NCBI GenBank assembly: GCA_964016885.1 | Contig: OZ024743.1 | Location: 140,740,001 to 140,804,000 of the forward strand | DNA: 64,000 nt | Direction: 5' to 3' | DNA from: Eledone cirrhosa | Taxonomy: Eukaryota | Shown here: in pieces, positions 16,451 to 29,850 of the stretch | Layout of the letters: each line of letters begins with the position of its first letter | How positions within the stretch are numbered: the first letter of the stretch is position 1 | Translations under genes and position numbers: made by a program | The notes under the pieces: generated by a model | Told to the model about the DNA's origin: nothing | Database searches by the model: none | What the model saw: only the letters and a program-made list of their open reading frames with translations

Positions 16451-19400
16451 CATGCACCCAGAACCAAGCACCAAGCACCAAACACCAAACACCAAGCACC
16501 AAGCACCAAACACCAAACACCAAGCACCAAGCACCAAGCACCAAGCACCAAACACCATACACCAAGCACCAAGCACCAAACACCAAAAACCAATCACCAA
16601 GCACCAAAGAGCAAACACCAAGCCCCAAGCACCAAACACCAAACACCAAACACCAAACAACAAACACTAAACACCAAACAACAAACAGCAAACACCAAAC
16701 ACCAAATAGCAAACACCAAACACCAACCAGGAAACACCAAACAGCAAACACCAAACAGAATACGCCAGACAGCAAACACAAACACCAAACACCAAACACC
16801 AAGCACCAAGCACCAAGCACAAAGCACAAAGCACCAAGCGCCAAGCACCAAACACCAAACACCAAACACCAAACAGCAAACACCAATCACCAAATACCAG
16901 ACACCAAACACCAAACAGCAAACACCAAACACCAAACAGCAAACACCAAACACCAAACACCAAACAGCAAACACGAAACAGCAAACACCAAACAGCAGAC
17001 ACCAAACAGCAAACACCAAACAGCAAACACCAAACACCAAACACCAAACACCAAGCACCAACCACCAAACACCAAGCACCAAGCAACAAACACCAATCAC
17101 CAAGCACCAAGCACCAAACACCAAGCACCAAGCACCAAGCACCAAACACCAAGCACCAAAGACCAAGCCCCAAATACCAAGCACCAAGCACCAAACACCA
17201 ATCACCAGGCACCAAGCACCAAACACCAAGAACCAAGCACCAAGCACTAAACACCAAATACCAAGCACCAAGCACCAAACACCAAACACCAAGCACCAAG
17301 TACCAAACTCCAAACACCAAACACCAAGCACCAAGCACCAAATCCCAAGCACCAAACACCAAGCACCAATCACCAAACACCAAACACCAAGCACCAAGCA
17401 CCAAACACCAAAAACCAAGCACCAAGCACCAAGCACCAAACACCTAACGCCAAACACCGAAAACCAAGTACCAAGCACCAAACACCAAGCACCAAGCGTC
17501 AAAGACCAAACACCTAGCACCAAGCACGAAACACCAAGCACCAAGCACCGAGCACCAAACACCAAGAACCAAGCACCAAACACCAGACAGCAAGCACCAA
17601 GCACCAAACACCAAACTCCAAGCACCAAGTACCAAATACCAAGCACCAAGCGCCAAATACCAAGCACCAAGCGCCAAAGACCAAACACCAGGCACCAAGC
17701 ACGAAACACCAAGCACCAAGCACCAAACACCAAGAACCAAGCACCAAACACCAGACAGCAAGCACCAAGCACCAAACACCAAACACCAAGCACCAAGCAC
17801 CAAACACCAAGCACCAAGCGCCAAACACCAAACACCAAGCACCAAGCACCAAACACCAAGCACCAACCACCAAGCACCAAACACCAAGCACCAAGCACCA
17901 AACACCAAGCACCAATCACCAAACAGCAAGCACCAAGAACCAAACACCAAACACCAAGCACCAAGCACCAAACACCAAGCACCAAGCACCAAACACCAAG
18001 CACCAAGCACCAAACACCAAAAACCAATCACCAAGCACCAAAGAGCATACACCAAGCCCCAAGCACCAAACACCAAACACCAAACACCAAATAGCAAACA
18101 CTAAACACCAAACACCAAACAGCAAACACAAAACACCAAATAGCAAATACCAAACAGCAAACACCAAACACCAAACAGCAAACACCAAACACCAACCAGG
18201 AAACACCAAAGACCAAGCACCAAACACCAAGCACCAAGCCCCAAGCACCAAACACCAAGCACCAAGCACCAAACACCAAGCACCAAGCACCAAGCACCAT
18301 GCACCAAACACCAAGCACCAAGCACCAAACAGCAAACACCAAACAGCAAACACCAAACACCAAACACCAACCAGCAAACACCAAACACCAAACACCAAAC
18401 AGCAAACACCAAACAGCAAACACCAAACAGCAAACACCAAACACCAAACACGAAACACCAAACGCCAAAAAGCAAACGCCAAACCCCAAACGCCAAACAG
18501 CAAATGCCAAACCCCAAACGCCAAACAGCAAACGCCAAGCGCCAAACACCAAAGACCAAGCGCCAAGCAACAAACACCAAACACCAAGCACCAAGCACCA
18601 AACACCAAACACCAAGCACCAAGTACCAAACACCAAACACCAAGCACCAAACACCAAACAGCAAACGCCAAAAAGCAAACGCCAAACCCCAAACGCCAAA
18701 CAGCAAATGCCAGACCCCAAACGCCAAACAGCAAACGCCAAGCGCCAAACACCAAAGACCAAGCGCCAAGCAACAAACACCAAACACCAAGCACCAAGCA
18801 CCAAACACCAAACACCAAGCGCCAAGCACCAAATACCAAACACCAAGCACCAAGCACCAAACACCAAACACCAAGGACCAATCACCAAACACCAAGCACC
18901 AAGCGCCAAACACCAAACACCATACACCTAGCACCAAGCACCAAGCACCAAGCACCAAGCACCAAGCCCCAAGCACCAAATAGCAAGCACCCAGCACCAT
19001 ACACCAAACACCAAGCACCAAGCACCCAGAACAAAGCACCAACCACCAAACACCAAACACCAAGCTCCAAGCACCAAACACCAAACACCAAGCACCAAGC
19101 ACCAAGCACCAAGCACCAAACACCAAACACCAAGCACCAAGCACCAAACACCAAGCACCAAGCGCCAAACACCAAACACCAAACACCTAGCACCAAGCAC
19201 CAAGCACCGAACACCAAGCACCAAACACCAAGCACCAAGCACCAAGCACCAAGCACCAAGCACCAAACACCAATCACCAAGCCCCAAGCACCAAACACCA
19301 AGCACCAAGCACCCAGAACCAAGCACCAAGCACCAAACACCAAACACCAAGCACCAAGCACCAAACACCAAACACCAAGCACCAAGCACCAAGCACCAAG

Positions 19401-19839
19401 CACCAAACACCATACACCAAGCACCAAGCACCAAACACCAAAAACCAATCACCAAGCACCAAAGAGCAAACACCAAGCCCCAAGCACCAAACACCAAACA
19501 CCAAACCGCAAACACTAAACACCAAACACCAAACAGCAAACACCAAACAGCAAATAGCAAACACCAAACACCAACCAGGAAACACCAAACAGCAAACACC
19601 AAACAGCAAACGCCAAACAGCAAACACAAACACCAAACACCAAGCACCAAGCACCAAGCACAAAACACCAAGCACCAAGCGCCAAGGACCAAACACCAAA
19701 CACCAAACACCAAACACCAAACACCAATCACCAGACACCAGACACCAAACACCAAACAGCAAACACCAAACACCAAACAGCAAACACCAAACACCAAACA
19801 CCATGCACCCAGAACCAAGCACCAAGCACCAAACACCAA
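9859..19839 (+). repeat. ~10 kb tandem segmental duplication, copy 1
   Basis: Markers recur at offsets of 9963-10067 bp: 11004/20967, 12515/22485, 13356/23339, 14874/24857 and 19025/29008. Near-identical ORF translations occur at 9910/19873 and 19515/29526. Confidence 0.9.
10350..15050 (+). repeat. Tandem ~2.36 kb composite unit (one full plus one truncated 1.5 kb HOR), two copies; repeated at ~20.3-25.0 kb
   Basis: Offsets are 11004->13356 (2352), 12515->14874 (2359) and ORF 11535->13894 (2359). In the second block they are 20967->23339 and 21505->23877 (2372). Boundaries are approximate. Confidence 0.8.
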
Positions 19840-22800
19840 GCACCAAGACCCAAACACCAAACACCAAGCACCATGCACCCAGAACCAAGCACCAAGCACC
19901 AAACACCAAACACCAAGCACCAAGCACCAAACACCAAACACCAAGCACCAAGCACCAAACACTATACACCAAGCACCAAGCACCAAACACCAAAAACCAA
20001 TCACCAAGCACCAAAGAGCAAACACCAAGCCCCAAGCACCAAACACCAAACACCAAACACCAAAAAGCAAACACTAAACACAAAACACCAAACAGCAAAC
20101 ACCAAACACCAAATAGCAAACACCAAACACCAACCAGGAAACAGCAAACACCAAACAGCAAACGCCAAACAGCAAACACAAACACCAAACACCAAACACC
20201 AAGCACCAAGCACCAAGCACAAAACACCAAGCACCAAGCGCCAAGCACCAAACACCAAACACCAAACACCAAACAGCAAACACCAATCACCAAACACCAG
20301 ACACCAAACACCAAACAGCAAACACCAAACACCAAACAGCAAACACCAAACACCAAACACCAAACAGCAAACACGAAACAGCAAACACTAAACAGCAAAC
20401 ACCAAACAGCAAACACCAAACAGCAAACAGCAAACACCAAACTCCAAACACAAAGCACCAAGCACCAAACACCAAGCACCAAGCAACAAGCACCAATCAC
20501 CAAGCACCAAGCACTAAACACCAAACACCTAGCACCAAGCAACAAGCACCAAACACCAAGCACCAAGCACCAAGCACCAAACACCAAGCACCAAAGACCA
20601 AGCCCCAAATACCAAGCACCAAGCACCAAACACTAATCACCAGGGACCAAGCACCAAACACCAAGAACCAAGCACCAAGCACTAAACACCAAACACCAAG
20701 CACCAAACACCAAACACCAAGCACCAAGTACCAAACTCCAAACACCAAACACCAAGCACCAAGCACCAAATCCCAAGCACCAAACACCAAGCACCAATCA
20801 CCAAACACCAAACACCAAGCGCCAAGCACCAAACACCAAGCACCAAGCACGAAACACCAAGCACCAAGCACCGAGCACCAAACACCAAGTACCAAGCACC
20901 AATCACCAAACACCAAGCACCAAGCACCAAACACCAAACAGCAAGCACCAAGCACCAAGCACCAAACATAAAACAACAAGTACCAAGCACCAAACACCAA
21001 ACACCAAACACCAAACACCAAGCACAAAGCACCAAACACCAAACACCAAGCACCAAGCACCAGACACCAAGCACCAAGCACCAAGCACCAAGCACCAAAA
21101 ACCAAGCACCAAGCTCCAAGGACCAAACACCAAGCACCAAACACCAAACACAAAGCACCAAGCACCAAACACCAAACACCAAGCACCAAGCACCAAACAC
21201 CAAACACCAAGCACCAATCACCAAACACCAAGCACCAAGCGCCAAACACCAAACACCAAACACCTAGCACCAAGCACCAAGCACCGAACACCAAGCACCA
21301 AACACCAAGCACCAAGCACCAAACACCAAGCACCAAGACCCAAACACCAAACACCAAGCACCATGCACCCAGAACCAAGCACCAAGCACCAAACACCAAA
21401 CACCAAGCACCAAGCACCAAACACCAAACACCAAGCACCAAGCACCAAGCACCAAGCACCAAATACCATACACCAAGCACCAAGCACCAAACACCAAAAA
21501 CCAATCACCAAGCACCAAAGAGCAAACACCAAGCCCCAAGCACCAAACACCAAACACCAAACACCAAAAAGCAAACACTAAACACAAAACACCAAACAGC
21601 AAACACCAAACACCAAATAGCAAACACCAAACACCAACCAGGAAACACCAAACAGCAAACACCAAACAGCAAACGCCAAACAGCAAACACAAACACCAAA
21701 CAACAAACACCAAGCACCAAGCACCAAGCACAAAACACCAAGCACCAAGCGCCAAGCACCAAACACCAAACACCAAACACCAAACAGCAAACACCAATCA
21801 CCAAACACCAGACACCAAACACCAAACAGCAAACACCAAACACCAAACAGCAAACACCAAACACCAAACACCAAACAGCAAACACGAAACAGCAAACACC
21901 AAACAGCAAACACCAAACAGCAAACACCAAACAGCAAACAGCAAACACCAAACTCCAAACACCAAGCACCAAGCACCAAACACCAAGCACCAAGCAACAA
22001 GCACCAATCACCAAGCACCAAGCACTAAACACCAAGCACCTAGCACCAAGCACCAAGCACCAAACACCAAGCACCAAGCACCAAGCACCAAACACCAAGC
22101 ACCAAAGACCAAGCCCCAAATACCAAGCACCAAGCACCAAACACTAATCACAAGGGACCAAGCACCAAACACCAAGAACCAAGCACCAAACACTAAACAC
22201 CAAACACCAAGCACCAAGCACCAAACACCAAACACCAAGCACCAAGTACCAAACTCCAAACACCAAACACCAAGCACCAAGCACCAAATCCCAAGCACCA
22301 AACACCAAGCACCAATCACCAAACACCAAACACCAAGCGCCAAGCACCAAACACCAAGCACCAAGCACGAAACACCAAGCACCAAGCACTGAGCACCAAA
22401 CACCAAGTACCAAGCACCAATCACCAAACACCAAGCACCAAGCACCAAACACCAAACAGCAAGCACCAAGCACCAAGCACCAAACATAAAACAACAAGTA
22501 CCAAGCACCAAACACCAAACACCAAACACCAAACACCAAGCACAAAGCACCAAACACCAAACACCAAGCACCAAGCACCAGACACCAAGCACCAAGCACC
22601 AAGCACCAAGCACCAAGCACCAAGCACCAAAAACCAAGCACCAAGCTCCAAGGACCAAACACCAAGCACAAAACACCAAACACAAAGCACCAAGCACCAA
22701 ACACCAAACAGCAAACACCAAACACCAAACACCAAACAGCAAACACGAAACAGCAAACACTAAACAGCAAACACCAAACAGCAAACACCAAACAGCAAAC

Positions 22801-25800
22801 AGCAAACACCAAACTCCAAACACAAAGCACCAAGCACCAAACACCAAGCACCAAGCAACAAGCACCAATCACCAAGCACCAAGCACTAAACACCAAACAC
22901 CTAGCACCAAGCAACAAGCACCAAACACCAAGCACCAAGCACCAAGCACCAAACACCAAGCACCAAAGACCAAGCCCCAAATACCAAGCACCAAGCACCA
23001 AACACTAATCACCAGGGACCAAGCACCAAACACCAAGAACCAAGCACCAAGCACTAAACACCAAACACCAAGCACCAAACACCAAACACCAAGCACCAAG
23101 TACCAAACTCCAAACACCAAACACCATGCACCAAGCACCAAATCCCAAGCACGAAACACCAAGCACCAATCACCAAACACCAAACACCAAGCGCCAAGCA
23201 CCAAACACCAAGCACCAAGCACGAAACACCAAGCACCAAGCACCGAGCACCAAACACCAAGTACCAAGCACCAATCACCAAACACCAAGCACCAAGCACC
23301 AAACACCAAACAGCAAGCACCAAGCACCAAGCACCAAACATAAAACAACAAGTACCAAGCACCAAACACCAAACACCAAACACCAAACACCAAGCACAAA
23401 GCACCAAACACCAAACACCAAGCACCAAGCACCAGACACCAAGCACCAAGCACCAAGCACCAAGCACCAAAAACCAAGCACCAAGCTCCAAGGACCAAAC
23501 ACCAAGCACCAAACACCAAACACAAAGCACCAAGCACCAAACACCAAACACCAAGCACCAAGCACCAAACACCAAACACCAAGCACCAATCACCAAACAC
23601 CAAGCACCAAGCGCCAAACACCAAACACCAAACACCTAGCACCAAGCACCAAGCACCGAACACCAAGCACCAAACACCAAGCACCAAGCACCAAACACCA
23701 AGCACCAAGACCCAAACACCAAACACCAAGCACCATGCACCCAGAACCAAGCACCAAGCACCAAACACCAAACACCAAGCACCAAGCACCAAACACCAAA
23801 CACCAAGCACCAAGCACCAAGCACCAAGCACCAAATACCATACACCAAGCACCAAGCACCAAACACCAAAAACCAATCACCAAGCACCAAAGAGCAAACA
23901 CCAAGCCCCAAGCACCAAACACCAAACACCAAACACCAAAAAGCAAACACTAAACACAAAACACCAAACAGCAAACACCAAACACCAAATAGCAAACACC
24001 AAACACCAACCAGGAAACACCAAACAGCAAACACCAAACAGCAAACGCCAAACAGCAAACACAAACACCAAACAACAAACACCAAGCACCAAGCACCAAG
24101 CACAAAACACCAAGCACCAAGCGCCAAGCACCAAACACCAAACACCAAACACCAAACAGCAAACACCAATCACCAAACACCAGACACCAAACACCAAACA
24201 GCAAACACCAAACACCAAACAGCAAACACCAAACACCAAACACCAAACAGCAAACACGAAACAGCAAACACCAAACAGCAAACACCAAACAGCAAACACC
24301 AAACAGCAAACAGCAAACACCAAACTCCAAACACCAAGCACCAAGCACCAAACACCAAGCACCAAGCAACAAGCACCAATCACCAAGCACCAAGCACTAA
24401 ACACCAAGCACCTAGCACCAAGCACCAAGCACCAAACACCAAGCACCAAGCACCAAGCACCAAACACCAAGCACCAAAGACCAAGCCCCAAATACCAAGC
24501 ACCAAGCACCAAACACTAATCACAAGGGACCAAGCACCAAACACCAAGAACCAAGCACCAAACACTAAACACCAAACACCAAGCACCAAGCACCAAACAC
24601 CAAACACCAAGCACCAAGTACCAAACTCCAAACACCAAACACCAAGCACCAAGCACCAAATCCCAAGCACCAAACACCAAGCACCAATCACCAAACACCA
24701 AACACCAAGCGCCAAGCACCAAACACCAAGCACCAAGCACGAAACACCAAGCACCAAGCACTGAGCACCAAACACCAAGTACCAAGCACCAATCACCAAA
24801 CACCAAGCACCAAGCACCAAACACCAAACAGCAAGCACCAAGCACCAAGCACCAAACATAAAACAACAAGTACCAAGCACCAAACACCAAACACCAAACA
24901 CCAAACACCAAGCACAAAGCACCAAACACCAAACACCAAGCACCAAGCACCAGACACCAAGCACCAAGCACCAAGCACCAAGCACCAAAAACCAAGCACC
25001 AAGCTCCAAGGACCAAACACCAAGCACAAAACACCAAACACAAAGCACCAAGCACCAAACACCAAACACCAAGCACCAAGCACCAAACACCAAACACCAA
25101 GCACCAATCACCAAACACCAAGCACCAAGCGCCAAACACCAAACACCAAACACCTAGCACCAAGCACCAAGCACCGAACACCAAGCACCAAACACCAAGC
25201 ACCAAGCACCAAGCACCAAGCACCAAGCACCAAACACCAATCACCAAGCCCCAAGCACCAAACACCAAGCACCAAGACCCAAACACCAGAAACCAAGCAC
25301 CATGCACCCAGAACCAAGCACCAAGCACCAAACACCAAACACCAAGCACCAAGCACCAAACACCAAACACCAAGCACCAAGCACCAAGCACCAAGCACCA
25401 AACACCATACACCAAGCACCAAGCACCAAACACCAAAAACCAATCACCAAGCACCAAAGAGCAAACACCAAGCCCCAAGCACCAAACACCAAACACCAAA
25501 CACCAAACAACAAACACTAAACAACAAACACCAAACAGCAAACACCAAACACCAAATAGCAAACACCAAACACCAACCAGGAAACACCAAACAGCAAACA
25601 CCAAACAGCAATCGCCAAACAGCAAACACAAACACCAAACACCAAACAGCAAGCACCAAGCACCAAGCACAAAACACCAAGCACCAGGCGCCAAGTACCA
25701 AACACCAAACACCAAACACCAAACAGCAAACACCAATCACCAAACACCAGACACCTAACACCAAACAGCAAACACCAAACACCAAACAGCAAACACCAAA

Positions 25801-26450
25801 CACCAAACACCAAACAGCAAACACCAAACAGCAAACACCAAACACCAAACACCAAACACCAAGCACCAAGCACCAAACACCAAGCACCAAGCAACAAACA
25901 CCAATCACCAAGCACCAAGCACTAAAAACCAAACACCCAGCACCAAGCACCAAGCACCAAAGACCAAGCACCAAGCACCAAGCACCAAACACCAAGCACC
26001 AAAGACCAAGCCCCAAATACCAAGCACCAAGCACCAAACACCAATCACCAGGCACCAAGCACCAAACACCAAGAACCAAGCACCAAGCACTAAACACCAA
26101 ATACCAAGCACCAAGCACCAAACTCCAAACACCAAGCACCAAGTACCAAACTCCAAACACCAAACACCAAGCACCAAGCACCAAATCCCAAGCACCAAAC
26201 ACCAAGCACCAATCACCAAACACCAAACACCAAGCACCAAGCACCAAACACCAAAAACCAAGCACCAAGCACCAAGCACCAAACACCAAACGCCAAACAC
26301 CGAACACCAAGTACCAAGCGCCAAACACCAAGCACCAAGCGCCAAAGACCAAACACCAGGCACCAAGCACGAAACACCAAGCACCAAGCACCAAACACCA
26401 AGAACCAAGCACCAAACACCAGACAGCAAGCACCAAGCACCAAACACCAT
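19822..26450 (+). repeat. Higher-order repeat domain A, second block (inside the 10 kb duplication)
   Basis: The marker CATAAAACAACAAGTACC occurs at 20967, 22485, 23339 and 24857 (spacings 1518, 854, 1518). Confidence 0.88.
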
Positions 26451-29400
26451 GCACCCAGAACCAAGCACCAAGCACCAAACACCAAACACCAAGCACCAAG
26501 CACCAAACACCAAACACCAAGCACCAAGCACCAAGCACCAAGCACCAAACACCATACACCAAGCACCAAGCACCAAAGAGCAAACACCAAGCCCCAAGCA
26601 CCAAACACCAAACACCAAACACCAAACAACAAACACTAAACACCAAACAACAAACAGCAAACACCAAACACCAAATAGCAAACACCAAACACCAACCAGG
26701 AAACACCAAACAGCAAACACCAAACAGCATACGCCAGACAGCAAACACAAACACCAAACACCAAACACCAAGCACCAAGCACCAAGCACAAAACACAAAG
26801 CACCAAGCGCCAAGCACCAAACACCAAACACCAAACACCAAACAGCAAACACCAATCACCAAATACCAGACACCAAACACCAAACAGCAAACACCAAACA
26901 CCAAACAGCAAACACCAAACACCAAACACCAAACAGCAAACACGAAACAGCAAACACCAAACAGCAGACACCAAACAGCAAACACCAAACAGCAAACACC
27001 AAACACCAAACACCAAACACCAAGCACCAACCACCAAACACCAAGCACCAAGCAACAAACACCAATCACCAAGCACCAAGCACCAAACACCAAGCACCAA
27101 GCACCAAGCACCAAACACCAAGCACCAAAGACCAAGCCCCAAATACCAAGCACCAAGCACCAAACACCAATCACCAGGCACCAAGCACCAAACACCAAGA
27201 ACCAAGCACCAAGCACTAAACACCAAATACCAAGCACCAAGCACCAAATACCAAACACCAAGCACCAAGTACCAAACTCCAAACACCAAACACCAAGCAC
27301 CAAGCACCAAATCCCAAGCACCAAACACCAAGCACCAATCACCAAACACCAAACACCAAGCACCAAGCACCAAACACCAAACACCAAAAACCAAGCACCA
27401 AGCACCAAACACCAAACACCAAGCACCAAGTACCAAACTCCAAACACCAAACACCAAGCACCAAGCACCAAATCCCAAGCACCAAACACCAAGCACCAAT
27501 CACCAAACACCAAACACCAAGCACCAAGCACCAAACACCAAAAACCAAGCACCAAGTACCAAGCACCAAACACCAAGCACCAAGCGTCAAAGACCAAACA
27601 CCTAGCACCAAGCACGAAACACCAAGCACCAAGCACCGAGCACCAAACACCAAGAACCAAGCACCAAACACCAGACAGCAAGCACCAAACACCAAACACC
27701 AAACTCCAAGCACCAAGCACCAAATACCAAGCACCAAGCGCCAAAGACCAAACACCAGGCACCAAGCACGAAACACCAAGCACCAAGCACCAAACACCAA
27801 GAACCAAGCACCAAACACCAGACAGCAAGCACCAAGCACCAAACACCAAACACCAAGCACCAAGCACCAAACACCAAGCACCAAGCGCCAAACACCAAAC
27901 ACCAAGCACCAAGCACCAAACACCAAGCACCAACCACCAAGCACCAAACACCAAGCACCAAGCACCAAACACCAAGCACCAATCACCAAACAGCAAGCAC
28001 CAAGAACCAAACACCAAACACCAAGCACCAAGCACCAAACACCAAGCACCAAGCACCAAACACCAAGCACCAAGCACCAAACACCAAAAACCAATCACCA
28101 AGCACCAAAGAGCAAACACCAAGCCCCAAGCACCAAACACCAAACACCAAACACCAAATAGCAAACACTAAACACCAAACACCAAACAGCAAACACAAAA
28201 CACCAAATAGCAAATACCAAACAGCAAACACCAAACACCAAACAGCAAACACCAAACACCAACCAGGAAACACCAAAGACCAAGCACCAAACACCAAGCA
28301 CCAAGCCCCAAGCACCAAACACCAAGCACCAAGCACCAAACACCAAGCACCAAGCACCAAGCACGATGCACCAAACACCAAGCACCAAGCACCAAACAGC
28401 AAACACCAAACAGCAAACACCAAACACCAAACACCAACCAGCAAACACCAAACACCAAACACCAAACAGCAAACACCAAACAGCAAACACCAAACAGCAA
28501 ACACCAAACACCAAACACGAAACACCAAACGCCAAAAAGCAAACGCCAAACCCCAAACGCCAAACAGCAAATGCCAAACCCCAAACGCCAAACAGCAAAC
28601 GCCAAGCGCCAAACACCAAAGACCAAGCGCCAAGCAACAAACACCAAACACCAAGCACCAAGCACCAAACACCAAACACCAAGCACCAAGTACCAAACAC
28701 CAAACACCAAGCACCAAACACCAAACAGCAAACGCCAAAAAGCAAACGCCAAACCCCAAACGCCAAACAGCAAACGCCAAGGACCAAACACCAAACACCA
28801 AGCGCCAAGCACCAAATACCAAACACCAAGCACCAAGCACCAAACACCAAACACCAAGGACCAATCACCAAACACCAAGCACCAAGCGCCAAACACCAAA
28901 CACCATACACCTAGCACCAAGCACCAAGCACCAAACACCAAGCACCAAGCCCCAAGCACCAAATAGCAAGCACCCAGCACCATACACCAAACACCAAGCA
29001 CCAAGCACCCAGAACAAAGCACCAACCACCAAACACCAAACACCAAGCTCCAAGCACCAAACACCAAACACCAAGCACCAAGCACCAAGCACCAAGCACC
29101 AAACACCAAACACCAAGCACCAAGCACCAAACACCAAGCACCAAGCGCCAAACACCAAACACCAAACACCTAGCACCAAGCACCAAGCACCGAACACCAA
29201 GCACCAAACACCAAGCACCAAGCACCAAGCACCAAGCACCAAGCACCAAACACCAATCACCAAGCCCCAAGCACCAAACACCAAGCACCAAGCACCAAAC
29301 ACCAAACACCAAGCACCAAGCACCCAGAACCAAGCACCAAGCACCAAACACCAAACACCAAGCACCAAGCACCAAACACCAAACACCAAGCACCAAGCAC

Positions 29401-29850
29401 CAAGCACCAAGCACCAAACACCATACACCAAGCACCAAGCACCAAACACCAAAAACCAATCACCAAGCACCAAAGAGCAAACACCAAGCCCCAAGCACCA
29501 AACACCAAACACCAAACCGCAAACACTAAACACCAAACACCAAACAGCAAACACCAAACAGCAAATAGCAAACACCAAACACCAACCAGGAAACACCAAA
29601 CAGCAAACACCAAACAGCAAACGCCAAACAGCAAACACAAACACCAAACACCAAGCACCAAGCACCAAGCACAAAACACCAAGCACCAAGCGCCAAGGAC
29701 CAAACACCAAACACCAAACACCAAACACCAAACACCAATCACCAGACACCAGACACCAAACACCAAACAGCAAACACCAAACACCAAACAGCAAACACCA
29801 AACACCAAACACCATGCACCCAGAACCAAGCACCAAGCACCAAACACCAA
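19822..29850 (+). repeat. ~10 kb tandem segmental duplication, copy 2
   Basis: Same marker order as 9859-19839. The junction overlap 19822-19839 matches both the start of copy 1 and the end of copy 2. Confidence 0.9.
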
